NCBI RefSeq assembly: GCF_032191835.1
Contig: NC_083230.1
Coordinates: forward strand, 89,962,001 to 90,026,000
Origin: Heteronotia binoei
Lineage: Eukaryota
Length of the DNA: 64,000 nucleotides
Reading direction: 5' to 3'
Shown: piece by piece, positions 50,558 through 63,492 of the stretch
Position numbering within the stretch: position 1 is the first letter of the stretch
Layout: each line of letters opens with the position of its first letter
Notes under the pieces: generated by a model
What the model saw: the letters and a program-made list of their open reading frames with translations, nothing else
Databases searched by the model: none
Told to the model about the DNA's origin: nothing
Program-made: the position numbers and the translations under genes

Positions 50558-50807
50558 TCGTTCCGGACAGGGGAAGGAGGGAAGGGAGAGACGAGAAGGG
50601 GGGGGGGGGGTAGAAAGAAAAAAGGCGAAAGCGCAGAATCGGGTTAGCCGCTTTTTTTTTTTTTTTTTTTTTGTTTTATATTAATGGGACGAAGAAGGAA
50701 AAAAAAAAACAGAGAGAATAGAGAAGAAAAAAGGAGGAGTAGTACGATACCAAGAGACGAGCCAGAGGAGGAACGCAACGAGGTAGGTGTTGTCCGGGCG
50801 GCGGAAG

Positions 50808-50993
50808 GGAAGAAACTGAGTGGAATGGGCGCTCTCCCCCCGCTCCAGGCATGCGCAGTCGCTGCCTGCTCCCCAGGGCGGGAGGAAAGCGCGCCAAAAG
50901 ACGTTATAAACGAGCTATTGGAGCTCCGAGGTACGGATCCGTTGCCTGCGGCAAGACCCATGTGTGGGACTGCACAGAGACCACGAAGAAGAT
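50808..50993 (-). repeat. DIRS 5' inverted terminal repeat
   Basis: See 3' ITR; begins ATCTTCTTCGTGGTC on the minus strand. Confidence 0.95.
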
Positions 50994-51526
50994 CTTTTTA
51001 TTCCTCCCCACAAAGAACCAGAATTCAGAAGTCTTCTAAGTAGTTGATGGGCAATAGATTCAGGATAGACAAAATAATGTAATTCTTGGACCCACCCACT
51101 TTCTGCTGTCCTGCGCTCCTCCTGAGTAGGTCTTTTCTCCCTCTGGAATTGGCTGTGGTTATTGTTCCTCCTATCTGCTTGTATCATGATTTCACAGACC
51201 CCCATGGCGCCTCCTTTTGCCCCATTGCTGTGCTGCTGGCATGCTTAGGGCAGTGCCCATCTTCTACTTCTTCTCCTCCAGGGCTTGGGTGCCCAGGTGA
51301 CACCTCCAAAGGGATGCTGTCTCCCACACATCCAATCATTTATTGCAGAGAAAGGAACGTGGCATCCAAGTCTCAGATTTGGGTCTCCTGAATATATTCA
51401 GGACAGAAGGAGGGAGGCAGTGATTCTCAATCCTGAACTGACACTGGGAATTAACTTAAAAACAACAGTGCACTTTTCTGAGTACAAATCAAACAGCCCC
51501 TTTTCAAACAGTCAGCAGCATCCTTA

Positions 51527-51766
<240 letters not shown>

Positions 51767-51969
51767 CTAGCATATCCTCTTAACTAGGACAAAAATGGCA
51801 TGCATGCCTAATACAAAAACAAGGTTACATAACCCTCTGACAGGCCCATTTTATCATATTTATGTGGGAAGTAAAATTCCATTCATCTCAACAAGACTTT
51901 CAAGCATATTTAGGATTGCAGCCATAATATTTAAGAAGCAAAGTTTTAAAATCGGATAGGTTTTAATGC

Positions 51970-52155
51970 CTGAGATGCCAGCCTTAAGGTGGGACCTGGG
52001 GATCCCCCGGAATTAAAGTTCATTTCCAGACTACAGAGATCAGTTCCCCTAGAGAAAATGGCTGCTATGGCACTGTAACCCACTGAGGTCCCTGTTCTCC
52101 TCAGGCTCTACTCCCAGATCTCCAGAAGTCTCCCAACCTGGATCTTGCAACCCTA
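51970..52155. mobile_element. Degenerate hAT (Blackjack-like) MITE
   Basis: Body similar to other copies; ends ttgcaacccta. Confidence 0.55.
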
Positions 52156-52455
52156 CCCCTCATTCCCTACCAGTGGCCAGAGGGGACCTACTATGCAAGA
52201 ATAATATCACTACACTATCAACATGCCAACAAAGTGCTATATGGTGGATTGCTTGAAACTCATTCACAATGTACAGATTGCATTGTCATGGTTTGAAACT
52301 CCAGAACTGCATGTGGAGCCAGACACATAAACACCTTGCCATGCACATTGGCCTCTACAGCAGTGTTTTTTGCATTATGATCCATGCAATTTCTTACATG
52401 TATGAAGTGGGTCTGAGGGCGGAACTCCTAATCATTCATAGTCTTCTCTCTGACT

Positions 52456-53110
52456 TGTCAATAATAAAACTAGACAGTAAGTTCTTTTCATTTTTCTAGC
52501 ATGGATTTGGGTCTGATTCAGTTGCCTCCTTGGGCTAAAGATCTAGCTCCTGTGGTGGAGTTGTCAGCTTCCCCACCTCCCAAGTTAGGGGAACGGGCCT
52601 CCAGAGTGAGAATTGTGAGTTGGTCATCCATGTTGAGGTCTCAGACTACCCACGGCAAGCAGTTCTGTGTTCACCATTACCCTGCTCCAGGGTCCCCAGC
52701 AGGAATTCTCTTGAGGTCAGGTGCCCCCTTTCACTCTCAGTACGCACCTCTGAACTTCTTTCGTTAGGCTGTTCCTCCCCGACCCCCCATGTACTCCACT
52801 CCTTTTATTCTCACATCCGCAAGACCCCTTTTCGTGAATCAATCCCCATCTCCCCCCTTAATGCCCCAACTTCCTTCAGCTGTGGGGTTTCCAAACATTC
52901 CTTAGCTTCTCCACTACTCCCAGGAACAGGTGTCTTCCTGAGAGGTGAGGGACCCTTCCTCCCTGGGTGGCATGCAACTCCCCCGTCTCTAAGGATTGAT
53001 GGCTGCCTCCTCAAGCTGGCCCCAGGTGCTCCGTGTTGTCTCCTTTTAATGCCTCCAAGGGGTTGCGTGGTGGGTGTCTCGGATTGGCGCCTCATCAGCC
53101 CAGCTTGACA
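52456..53110 (-). mobile_element. Candidate solo LTR
   Basis: GC-rich block bounded by TGTCAA...TTGACA; no convincing TSD. Confidence 0.3.
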
Positions 53111-53262
53111 CAATTCTCCAGAGGACCTGAGTTGGGCAGAGGGGCCTCACCAAGGCTTGGAGATAGCAAAGGCCAGCAATGATTCCACAAGAGCTGGACA
53201 ATAGCCAATACATTACATGTGAGTGAGCATTCTGCATAAATGCTGATGTTCACAGTGATGCA

Positions 53263-53470
53263 AAGTGGCATCAAGTTGCAGCCAACTCATGGTGAACCCT
53301 CCCATAGGGTTTTTAGGGCACGAGATATTCAGAGGTGGTTTGCCATTGCCTGCCTCCATGTAGCAACTCTGAACTTCCTTGGTGGTTTCCCATCCAAATA
53401 CTAACCAGGGCCAACTCTGCTTAGCTTCCAAGATATGAGTTCAGGTTAACCTGGGCCATCCAGGTCAGGA
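53263..53470 (-). mobile_element. 5S-headed SINE
   Basis: Reverse complement of the 5S box region (ccatccaaatactaaccagggcc...cttagcttcc) plus the same tail as 20112-20470. Confidence 0.75.
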
Positions 53471-54578
53471 TATTCAGAGAAACTCAGATAAAAGGAGAGG
53501 GAGGTAAAGGTTACACAGTTCAGTCCTACGCTAATCTACACGGATTTCAAATAATACATTGTAAAAAGTGGTGGAGGGGCTATAATCATCTCCATTAAAA
53601 AGACAGGATCTTTGGCCCAGATAAATATGTAAGCCATGCAACTGTCCTTGCTTAAATGGACATAATAAGACTTAAAACATTTTCCACAAAATTCCTCTGT
53701 TAGCTTTTTTTTTTTAAAAAATGAAGACAGCCCTGTCTTTACAGAGATGTCTTCTATAGAGTTGAAACTACACTGGGTCTTTATCTTGTTTTATAAAAAA
53801 ATGTACCTTTAGCCATTTAATGAGCTTCTTTTTGACATGTTAGACTCAAGCATTTTACACTCACTGCCAATACAGTTAATGGTTGGAGAGCAGATGCTTT
53901 TCTACACTATCCCTTGGTACACAGTGACTTAATTTTAAATGAAATGCCAAGACAACACTGCAAAAAGTTGCTAGCTCTAGGGAAATGCTGCCCTGTTTGG
54001 AGGAAAACTAGATTAGCTGACCCTTCATTACAGAGATGTCTGGCTGCAATTTGTATTAATCTGAAATGCCTGGAGTTGCTGATCAATGTATTCCTTATGA
54101 TTAGTGTTACACTGAAAAGGGTATTAGGCAGAGATGGAAGGGAGAGTTAAATGCCACACAAGTGAAAAAAGGGAAACAACTGTTTCTTATATTCATCAGA
54201 GGAAAATGAAAAGAAGAGAACAAGTAGAGGTGGGTGGCAGAATAGTTCTCCATGGAGAATGGCTGTAAAAGCAGAAACTGCACGTTCAGTGAAACACCAT
54301 AATTATTTTTAAAACGGATTTTTTCTTTTCTTTCTCAGACTGAAGACACAGGGGCTGCAGTTTCCCTGCTGGACATCCCCTGGAAATCAAAGCCCCAACA
54401 CCTGTAATCTACCAGAGGTGACTTTTAAGAATTAAGCTACACAGGGCATGGGATTCTTCCATTATCAAAATTCTTAGTTCTGTAAGAGAGAATAGTGGGA
54501 AGAGCTAAAGAACCCCATGCATATAAATGACAAAACGTGGGAGGGGGCAGGAGGAAGAGGGTGCTACTCCTCAAATCA

Positions 54579-54788
<210 letters not shown>

Positions 54789-56886
54789 TTAAAAAATAAA
54801 ACAGACTAGTCGTTTAACCATAGCAATATGTTGCTTTTAAATATCACATGGCACTTTTGCTGCAAACAACCTGTATAACACTCTGTCAAGTAGAATTTAG
54901 ATATAGCAAATCCTACAAAAGCTATCCTGAACAGCCTCACCTAGTTATGGTTGCCATTTCCGAATCAGCTAGCAGAAACTCAACAGATACAGATTTCTTC
55001 TCTAGCAAGAAGATGCAGCAACAGCATCATTTATCAGTTTGATTTTTGCGTCTCAGCAAAAAAAAAAAAAAATGTTGTTTGAGTCACAATCAGGGGGAAA
55101 GGTAGCAATGCTAATTCTATGATTCATGCTCCAGAGAAGCCGTTTAGTCTACTGAAGCCAAAACAACAGGAGTCATATGGTATCTAAGAGATTTATTGCA
55201 GCAGAAGCTTTTGTAGGCTAGAACCCATTTCATCAGATGAATCTGAAAAACACCAGAGTTCTTTTCCTCCCTGTGATGGTCTGTGATCGTTTACTGATCC
55301 CATCTTACTAGAATTTATAGTAAGCAGCTTCAGGCAGCTCTGAGCAGTAGTTTAGTTTCGAGATGAATGAAATGTAACCCTTCGAGGTGAATGAAATGTA
55401 GAGAGATGCTTCCCAAGGCCAAACAGTGAGCTGCATGGCTGAACAGAGATTTGAACCTGAATCTCTCAGGTATAACCAACACCAAATGAAACCCTTAGCA
55501 TCATACCAGCAATCATGAGTATTCTTCATGCAAGACAGCAGCTACACCGGCAATACCATCATAAGCTTCTGTCTGCCCACTGACTTCAATACACTTAGAA
55601 GAGTGTAACTCTGCTTAGGCTGCCATGATGAATGGCATACATTTACTGTGGGCTGATTCATATGTGGTCAAATATAATAAGATCTACATATGTAGAGCAC
55701 ACACTTCCTGATTGTGTGTGCATGCTTCCATGTGCAGCCAATAAGGTGTTACCTGTCTTTGCATCTCCAAAAATGGCTGCAAGTTAAAATCAGAAAGTGC
55801 AGCTGCACATCACAGATAGGCATTTAACAATCCTGGATCATGTGTGGCTTCCTACACAGTGGAGCAGACACAAAAAGGACTTCCATGGTCTTTGTCATTC
55901 AGCATTATGACCACAATACTATGCTTGTTTAAACCACAATACTATACTGTGGGCCTGAGGAACAGAGCTACACTTTTTTGAATGTAAGCTATTATTACCA
56001 CATTTGCTGATCCATGAACTGTGAGGCAGTTCTCCCAAACTATTTGTCTACTCTACTGTATTATTTATTTATTAAAATATTTATACCATGAAGGAAGGAC
56101 AATGGCCTGGCCAACCTTGTTCTGCCTCCATCTTAAGACTCAGAAGGCAGCATTAAAGCCTTCATGTACTTTGGCCTATGCAAGAATGCTGAGGGTCTCA
56201 AAATGTGCTGCCCTTTCACCTCCTTCCTGGAATCCACATGGGGGTAGACTGCTAAAGTAAACAGCTGTTTCTTTGCTCTGTATAATTCTAGTAAATGATT
56301 GTGTAGAAGAATGTATAAAATAAAACCACCACCACTGTCAGACACAAGCAGCATGGACAGACTGGTGTGATGAACCTCAACCCTGAGTCGTGTGACCATT
56401 ACTACAATACCACACCTATCTCTTATGACTCAAGACAGGTTTCAATTATAAATGAAAGCTATCCACAATACAGCACGAGCCCATTAATTGCCCCCCAAGA
56501 AAATGCCTGCCACCCATCAAGAAGAGGTTTTTATAGAGGAATCTCAAAGCAGCTTATGATTGCTTTTCCCTTTCCCTCCCCACAACAGTCACCTTGTGAG
56601 GTAGGTGGGGCTGAGAGAGTTCTGAGAGAACTGACTGACCCAAGGTCACCCAGCAGGCTTCATGTGGAGGAGTGAGGGAATCACACCAGATCTCCAGCTT
56701 AGATTCCACTATGCTTAACCATGACACCATGCTGGCTCTAGAAAACACAGCCGCACAGTTCCTCCTAGAAACTTTGAAGGATGGCACCCTTCTCACCTCC
56801 TTACTTATGGAGGCTTAGGGAGGCTTTAGAACCTGGGAGCCAGTAGGATCACATTCTGGTAGATGCCAGGCAGGCAGGCTGTGTGA

Positions 56887-57146
56887 AACTAATTTCCCAC
56901 TCACCCTACGCTGCTCTAATATTCCTCTTTCAGCACGGTGTCCTTCCGATTTCCCACTATCTGCCTCAGGGCTTCAGCAAAAATTGGCGGTTTTGCACAG
57001 CAAAAAGAAACTGGTTTTTAGTGGTTTCTCTTTGCCACACAAAAATGCCGATGCAAGCTGAAGCCCCGGGTCAGATAGTGGGAAATCAGAAGGACGCCGC
57101 ACTGAAAAGAGGAACAGAGCGTCGTAGGGCAAGTGCAAAATCGGTC
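56887..57146. mobile_element. Palindromic MITE (Harbinger-like)
   Basis: Arms of about 90 bp, e.g. gatttcccactatctg versus cagatagtgggaaatc and ccctacg versus cgtaggg. Confidence 0.7.
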
Positions 57147-58372
57147 TGAGTGTATGGGTGGGAGGACAAGCAGAAGGTAACAGCTTCAGGACAGTAATTT
57201 GTAAATGATGACATATGGGGAGAAGTAGTCATGAAGATGTGCAGTTCCAAGATCATGAAAGTCTTTAAAGGTAATAACCAGACCTTAAATTGGATCTGGG
57301 GCAGTAAGGGAGATGTTTCAACGTTCCTGAGAATAATCTCGCTGCTGCTTTCTAGAGCATCCACAACTTCCAGGTTATCTTCAAAGGTAGATGCATTTCT
57401 ATATAGCACAACAGAACTACAGAACTACCAAATCTGATGAAACAAAACAGCAAAGCAACTTAATAGGAGATTCTAATTGACAAGAGGCTGATTCTAGAAG
57501 CCATTTTTGACTTCTAAGAGTCACTACACAGTAAAGTGGGTTTGTAGAATTTCACCTGTACTGCATGAAGTAACTACTAAATTTTGAAAATGCTTTTACG
57601 CATTGGTGTTAAAATACATGGCAATTTTAAATTATTACTATGAAGGACCACAGTACCATTTTACCTCATGGATTTCAAAAGTCACGATATCTAAAAACTG
57701 TACTTAAGGATCACTGAACAGTTTTGAAATTGATGAAGGAAGGCAGAGTCTGAGAGCTTCTGTCACATATGGTAAGGGTTGCTACTTATTCTGTCAACTT
57801 ATACCAGAAACTGCTAGTTTAAAGTGCAGAAATAGCTCAGTTACAGCCCTGCAGCGGCATATCAAGAGTAATGGCTGTACAATTTTACCGGCATGACAAA
57901 GAACACAAACTTAAGAAGTAATTCCATCTGTGCAACAGAAGTCAAACCTTAGCAGGGTTACCCCATTTAGGGATCCCCAGTGCAACCACCCTGCTTAATG
58001 AGGGTTTGAAGCCAGTTAGCATGAAATATGGCTAAGCAGCAAACCTGATTGGTCTCTGTTGCAGTTTACATCGTGGTCAACATTCCTCTCAACCATGGTT
58101 AAGGCTGGTAGAGCCAATTAGCTTCAAAGAGAGGCTGTGAAGGCAAATTTGCATCCTCAATCTGAGAATGACCTGTTTTCAGGTCTGGGCAATACCTTAA
58201 TTGTTTGGAGGAGGCAAAAAAGATTGAACAACATGTTAAACAGGCCTACAAGAATTGGTTAAGGAAAGTAAACACGGAGGAGAATATGTTTCAAGAGTGC
58301 CTGTTGAAGTAATGTGGCATGAAATTGGGAAGGGCTGCTTCTCCAAGTTCTGTTGAACCATCCAGTCAAACA

Positions 58373-58921
58373 CAGGGTTGTCAAACTCATTTGTTATGAG
58401 GGCCGGATCTGACATAAATGAGACCTTGTCGGGCCGAGCCATGTGTGTACCTATTTAAGATTAGGTAGCTGAGATATAAATTTTATAAAGGACATGGACA
58501 AACACAATTTTAAAAAAAACTTAAAACATTAGCAGTTTTGGTCTTAAAGATGTTTTCTTTGTATTTCTCCCATGGGATCTGTGGCACTGGACAAAGGAAC
58601 CTCTGGCTCTTTCCTTCCTTCCCCAGGGGACCAGGAGGGGGAGGAGCCTCAGCCAATAAGAGGAGAAGAGGCTTGGATCAGTAGCTCTGCTGTGCAATTG
58701 AGAGAGCCTGGCACAGCAAGCTCTGCCTCCCCCCCTCCCCAAAATAGAGGCTTTGCTCTGTAACTCCTATGTGATTGAGCAAGCCTAGCAAAGCAAGCTG
58801 TGATGCAGAAGGAAGCAAGAGAGAGGGAGAAGGAACCAGATGACAGCCAGTTGCTTGGGGGCCTGATAGGAGCCCACTGAGGGCCTGATTCAGCCCCCAA
58901 GCTGCATGTTTGACACCCCTG
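58373..58921. mobile_element. hAT Charlie-like non-autonomous element
   Basis: TIRs CAGGGTTGTCAAAC and GTTTGACACCCCTG; TSD not preserved. Confidence 0.75.
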
Positions 58922-59916
58922 GGTTAGAAAGTTGGCCAGTACAAATAAAGCAAAAGTACCCAAGTGCCGTTGCCTGGATTTATGGATTTTCTCTGATTGC
59001 TTGCAAGTTTTGTGATACAACAACACTGATGCTGGCTGCTCACTAGAGCCATCTGTCCAGGAATATTGCTTTTTGCAAGGAATGGGTTTGCTTTGGCAAG
59101 AAAGGCTGCTGACACATTAAAGAGCTGAAAATTTTCCTCTTAATTTTTTCATGCATTTGCCTCTTATTTGATATACTGTGGCTGTTTCACCTGCAAACGC
59201 CACAGTACTGAGTCCCAGATTTGGGTTTAAGGCCATGAATGTTCTATTAAAAATATATAAGTACTTCAGGGGTTTTTTCCCCTGACACTCTATAAATGTA
59301 AGAAATGGAACTGAAATGTCAATGTGGGACCATGGACAAAGTGATAAGACTTGGACTGGGAAATTGTAGGTTCAGATTTCTAACACTGAGCCAATTGACT
59401 CTTGGCTTAACTGACTTTGTTGGGTTGTTTTGAATATCAAATGGAATAACCAATACATGTTGTCATGAGCTTACTGAAACAAGGGCATAATCAACTCTTT
59501 TTAAAAAAATAAAAAATAAAAACAGAAATCAATGAAAGGACTGCCTGCTTTTCTTCAGGAACCAGGCTTGATGCAAGAAGAGGCACACATCAGCACTGAA
59601 GAATCAAAGTCAATTTAGTGGGCTAACAGATTTCTCCTAGTTTCCTTTACTAACAATTCTGGAATGTTTCCTAAAGAGAGAGCTTCCTACTGTTATGAAA
59701 TTCTAACCCCTACCCCCCCCCCAAAAAAAACAAACTGATTTCAGGATACATTGTGACAAATTAAAAGCATTTAAGCCATTGTTCTTCCTTGGAAAACAAT
59801 GGATCTGAATTGGACAGATTTTTTTCCCAATTAACATTTTTGTTAGATTTTGTTAAGAAATTATGTGGAACAAAGAAGGAGAATATGGGTAAGATATGCA
59901 TGGCCTAATCACACGA

Positions 59917-60383
59917 CAGGGGTTGTTTTGTAGAAAAATATGTGGTGGAGCTCATTAGCATAACTCACTAGCATATGCCGACCCCCCACCAGCCAAAAGC
60001 AACCTGACACAAGAAAGGAGAGCCCCGGGCAAGTGAGGCCTGTTTCAGCTGGTTAGAGATCCAGCCAGCCCGAGCAGGCATCACTCACCTGGGGCCCTCC
60101 TTGGCTGCCCCCTCCACAGTCAAAAGGCCAGCAAGCCACCTGCCATCCAAAATCACATAAGAAGTGGAGAAAGGGTGGTGTGGGCTTCTCCAGGGGTTAA
60201 TGAGGGCTGCTGGGGGTGTGGCAAAGCTCCTGGTGGCTGGCTGGCTGCCCGCTCTCCTAATCCAGGGATTGTTATGCAGCTGCACCTACTATTCAATGGA
60301 CAAGGTAGGTGGGGAGGAGGAGGGGGCTGTCAGAAAGGTTCAGGAGCTGCATTCATGTGAGCTCCTGCTGAATTCAAGGCCTG
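59917..60383. mobile_element. Longer member of the 10769-10927 repeat family
   Basis: Same 5' (ggttgttttgtagaaaaata) and 3' (gaattcaaggcctg) ends with extra internal sequence. Confidence 0.7.
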
Positions 60384-60582
60384 TTCCTGGGGATGTTCCT
60401 AAGTCCAGTTGACAGATGTGGCCTGGAAGTTCTGAGTGTCTCAAACTTGTGGTGTCCCATTTTGGACTAGGACTATGGTTCAGTCCTTCCCTTCAAAACC
60501 ATTTTGCTGACTTGGAACATCCTCCAGAGAGCTGCTGTTTACTGTATTGAGGAAACTTAACAGTGCCAATGTGCTGCATATT

Positions 60583-61055
60583 TAGGGTTGCCAATCTCCA
60601 GGTGGGGGCAGGGGATCCCCTGGTTTGGAGGCCCTCCCCCCCACTTCAGGGTCATCAGAATGCGGGGGGAGGGGAGGGAAATGTCTGCTGGGAACTCTGT
60701 TATTCCTTATGGAAATTTATTCCCATAGAAAATCATGGAGAATTGATCCGCGAGTATCTGGGGCTCTGGGAGGGGGCTGTTTTTTGGGGTAGAGGCACCA
60801 AATTTTTAGTATAGCATTTAATACCTCTCCCCAAAATACCTCCCAAGTTTCAAAAAGAAGGTGCCCCTATCCTTCATTATTTTCTATAGAAGGAAGGAAT
60901 TGAAAAGGTGTGCCATCCCTTTAAATGTGATGGCCAGAACTCCCTTTGGAGTTCAATTATGCTTGTCACAGCCTTGATCTTGGCTCCACCCCTAATGTCT
61001 CCTGACTCCACCCCCAGGTCCCCAGATATTTCTTGTATTGGACTTGGCAACCCTA
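60583..61055. mobile_element. hAT (Blackjack-like TIR) element, 473 bp
   Basis: TAGGGTTGCCA...TGGCAACCCTA; perfect TSD TGCATATT; inverted relative of 17172-17701. Confidence 0.92.
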
Positions 61056-61314
61056 TGCATATTAGGTTTCTCCAAATGGACAAACAGTGGCTCCCCTTGG
61101 CAATTTCAGGTAAGGAAAATGGCGTGAGGTTGAATTGCTGGAGCCGATTTGCCTCATATGCCATGTTTGTGATTTGAATTGGGCCTGCACGTCCATGGGA
61201 AGCATGGAACTCCCTTAGACTTATGGGATGTACTCAGGAAAAGGGTATCCTGTAGTGCAGCCCTCTGACAATAATTACATTAGCATCAAATTACATGGAT
61301 GTGTGAACCAGCTG

Positions 61315-61502
61315 TAGGGTTGCCAGTTTGGAGTCAGGAAAAAACCGGAGATTATGATGGTGGAACCTGAGAAGAGCAAGGCTTGGGGAGGGGAGGGAAT
61401 GGACTTCAATGGAGTATAATGCCATAGAGTACATTTTCTCCAGGTGAACTGATCACTGTTGCCAGAAGATCTCCAACAACCACCTGGAGATTGGCAACCT
61501 TA
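61315..61502. mobile_element. hAT (Blackjack-like TIR) MITE
   Basis: TAGGGTTGCCA...TGGCAACCTTA; TSD ACCAGCTG/GCCAGCTG. Confidence 0.8.
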
Positions 61503-62622
61503 GCCAGCTGCCACACCTCAATCTTCACATCATGCAGTGTTTTTGAAGGAGGCCAGACATGAACTTCACCTGCAAATCATTCAGTAAGGAACTGCTGTAC
61601 AATATACATGTACAACAGTGAAATCGTATGCAAAATTATTCTAAGTCTACATGCACCCATGAAGGTATATTAAAGTATTTGAAAACAGTAAGGCTTTATC
61701 TTGTTCCATTTTGAAATTATTGTAAACATTTTCAAGGACACTATATAGTAGGGTGAGCCAAGGGTTTAGATAAAGAGACAAAATGATAGTCAGGCTCATA
61801 GTTCTGCTGCACCCCAAGTTTGGGAGAAAAGTCTCCAGGCCCAGAAAAGTCTGCAAGCACCTTTTGTTGAGACTATTTCTCTTTACCGGTTGGATGGTGA
61901 AGTGTTGCTGTATTTTGTATTAATCTTATGAGTATACACAAGTATGAACATGTATTCTACTTTATAAATGTTGTAATGCTCTAAGAGGATTGTTATTTTT
62001 GTCACAGTCTGTTTTTTTGCTGGTTGTTGTAGGCTGGAACAGTGGAGACTTCTGGAGACATTCACTCTAGCCCAGAACTTGCTATGGGGTTAGGACTGGG
62101 CATCAGGAGTACTTTCTGACCAGCTGAAAAAAGTTCTTTGCTACCACAACATATTTTTTTTGTTGCTTCATTTTTAAAAAGGGCTTCATTCATTCCAATG
62201 GTCAGATTTGAATTGACTGAAAGCACATGCTGTCAACATAGTATTTTACACAGCACCTACTTTGTGCTGTAGGTGTGATCAGTATCTGCTACATAGTGGT
62301 GGTGATGGTGGTGGAGGAGGAGGAGGAAGAAGAAGAAGAATTATGCCCCCTTTCCCCCTGTCTTGAGGAATCTCAAAGTGGCTTACAACCACCTTCTCCC
62401 CACAACAGTCACCCTGTGAGGTAGGTGGAGATTGGATTGCAGAACCTATGGACAGGAAGGCTTGGGAAGGACCTCAACAGGGTATAATGTCAGAGTCCAC
62501 CCTCTAAAGCAGCTAGGACAACTATTGTCTGGAGATCAGTTACAATTTTGATAGATCACCAGACCCCACTTGGAGGCTGGCAACCATATAACAAGGGCCA
62601 TTTCACACATTAAGGACACAAT

Positions 62623-62819
62623 CAATACTGCTTCTAAGCAGTGGAGTCTTGTGAGCAAAAATTCTAATTTCTGAGCTACTAGTATTAAAGTTGTGAGCGA
62701 GTGATTTAGTTACTGAATAAATTAGTTTGCCATCCTTCCTGACTAAGACAAAAATGTGTGAGCTGGAGGCTAAGAAACTGTGAGGTAGCTCACACTAACT
62801 CAGCTTAGAGAGAACACTG
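62623..62819. mobile_element. hAT MITE, inverted relative of 1728-1919
   Basis: Ends cagcttagagagaacactg; the body is the reverse complement of the 1728 copy. Confidence 0.75.
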
Positions 62820-63492
62820 GCTCAGTCAGTCACTGTCTCTGTGTGTGTGTACATGAGGGGCATCCGCATAAAGTACCAGAATGTATTAATGTCCGTTGGC
62901 GATCCCATTCCATATGCATAGCTGCATTGTGTATATAAATGGCAGAAAATTAACAAGCCTGTTCAAACTAGCAGAATTTCCTTGTTAGCTTTCTGATTAC
63001 CTGTGAAAGAAATACCTACTCTGTGCATTAGGGCATCTACCCTGCAATTAATTGCAGTGCTCTTAACAGGAGGGATCCTCAGTTCCTATTGATTTACTGG
63101 CAATTTGTCTGTGCTCTTAGCTCACAACGCCAGCTTTTGGAAGCAAGCAAACTGAGGAAGCTGTGTAACAACTGTTCACATCTTCCTATTCAAAACATTA
63201 ATTTGAAGAAAGATCCCCCCCCCCCCACCAAAAAAATATATGTAGATATTTCTACATCAATAGCTTCTTGGAATATTCAGGTTGCATAAAGTTACTGTTT
63301 ACATGGACGTCAGCAGATTCTCAATAAATCTAAGGAGGTATTTTGCAGTTAACTTATCTGTTCCCTCTTGTTAAATAGCATGTACATCCTTCCTGGATTG
63401 CAGTGAAAAGCATTAGAACAGATCTCCATTGATCACTCAGTGACAGTTGTAAAACAAAAATGATATTTAGGAACAATTTTTTCAAGAAGCAT

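Larger units (their letters stand above)
44642..50993 (-). mobile_element. Full-length DIRS1-like tyrosine-recombinase retrotransposon (6352 bp)
   Basis: Inverted terminal repeats, ICR, and gag / RT-RH-MT / YR ORFs all intact; CpG-rich relative to flanks; AGAT at both junctions (44638-44641 and 50990-50993). Confidence 0.97.

Noticed and set aside
55362-55405. Short direct duplications (gaatgaaatgta twice; also accacaatactat near 55910 and tgggtgaaaccatt near 14781)
   Set aside because: Ordinary slippage-scale duplications with no further structure.
62890-62920. Minus-strand HMEWDR resembling the expected upstream BTBD11 exon (LMEWIR)
   Set aside because: Flanking residues do not match, the frame soon hits a stop, and there are no fitting splice sites. 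No upstream ABTB3 exon was found in 54760-64000.
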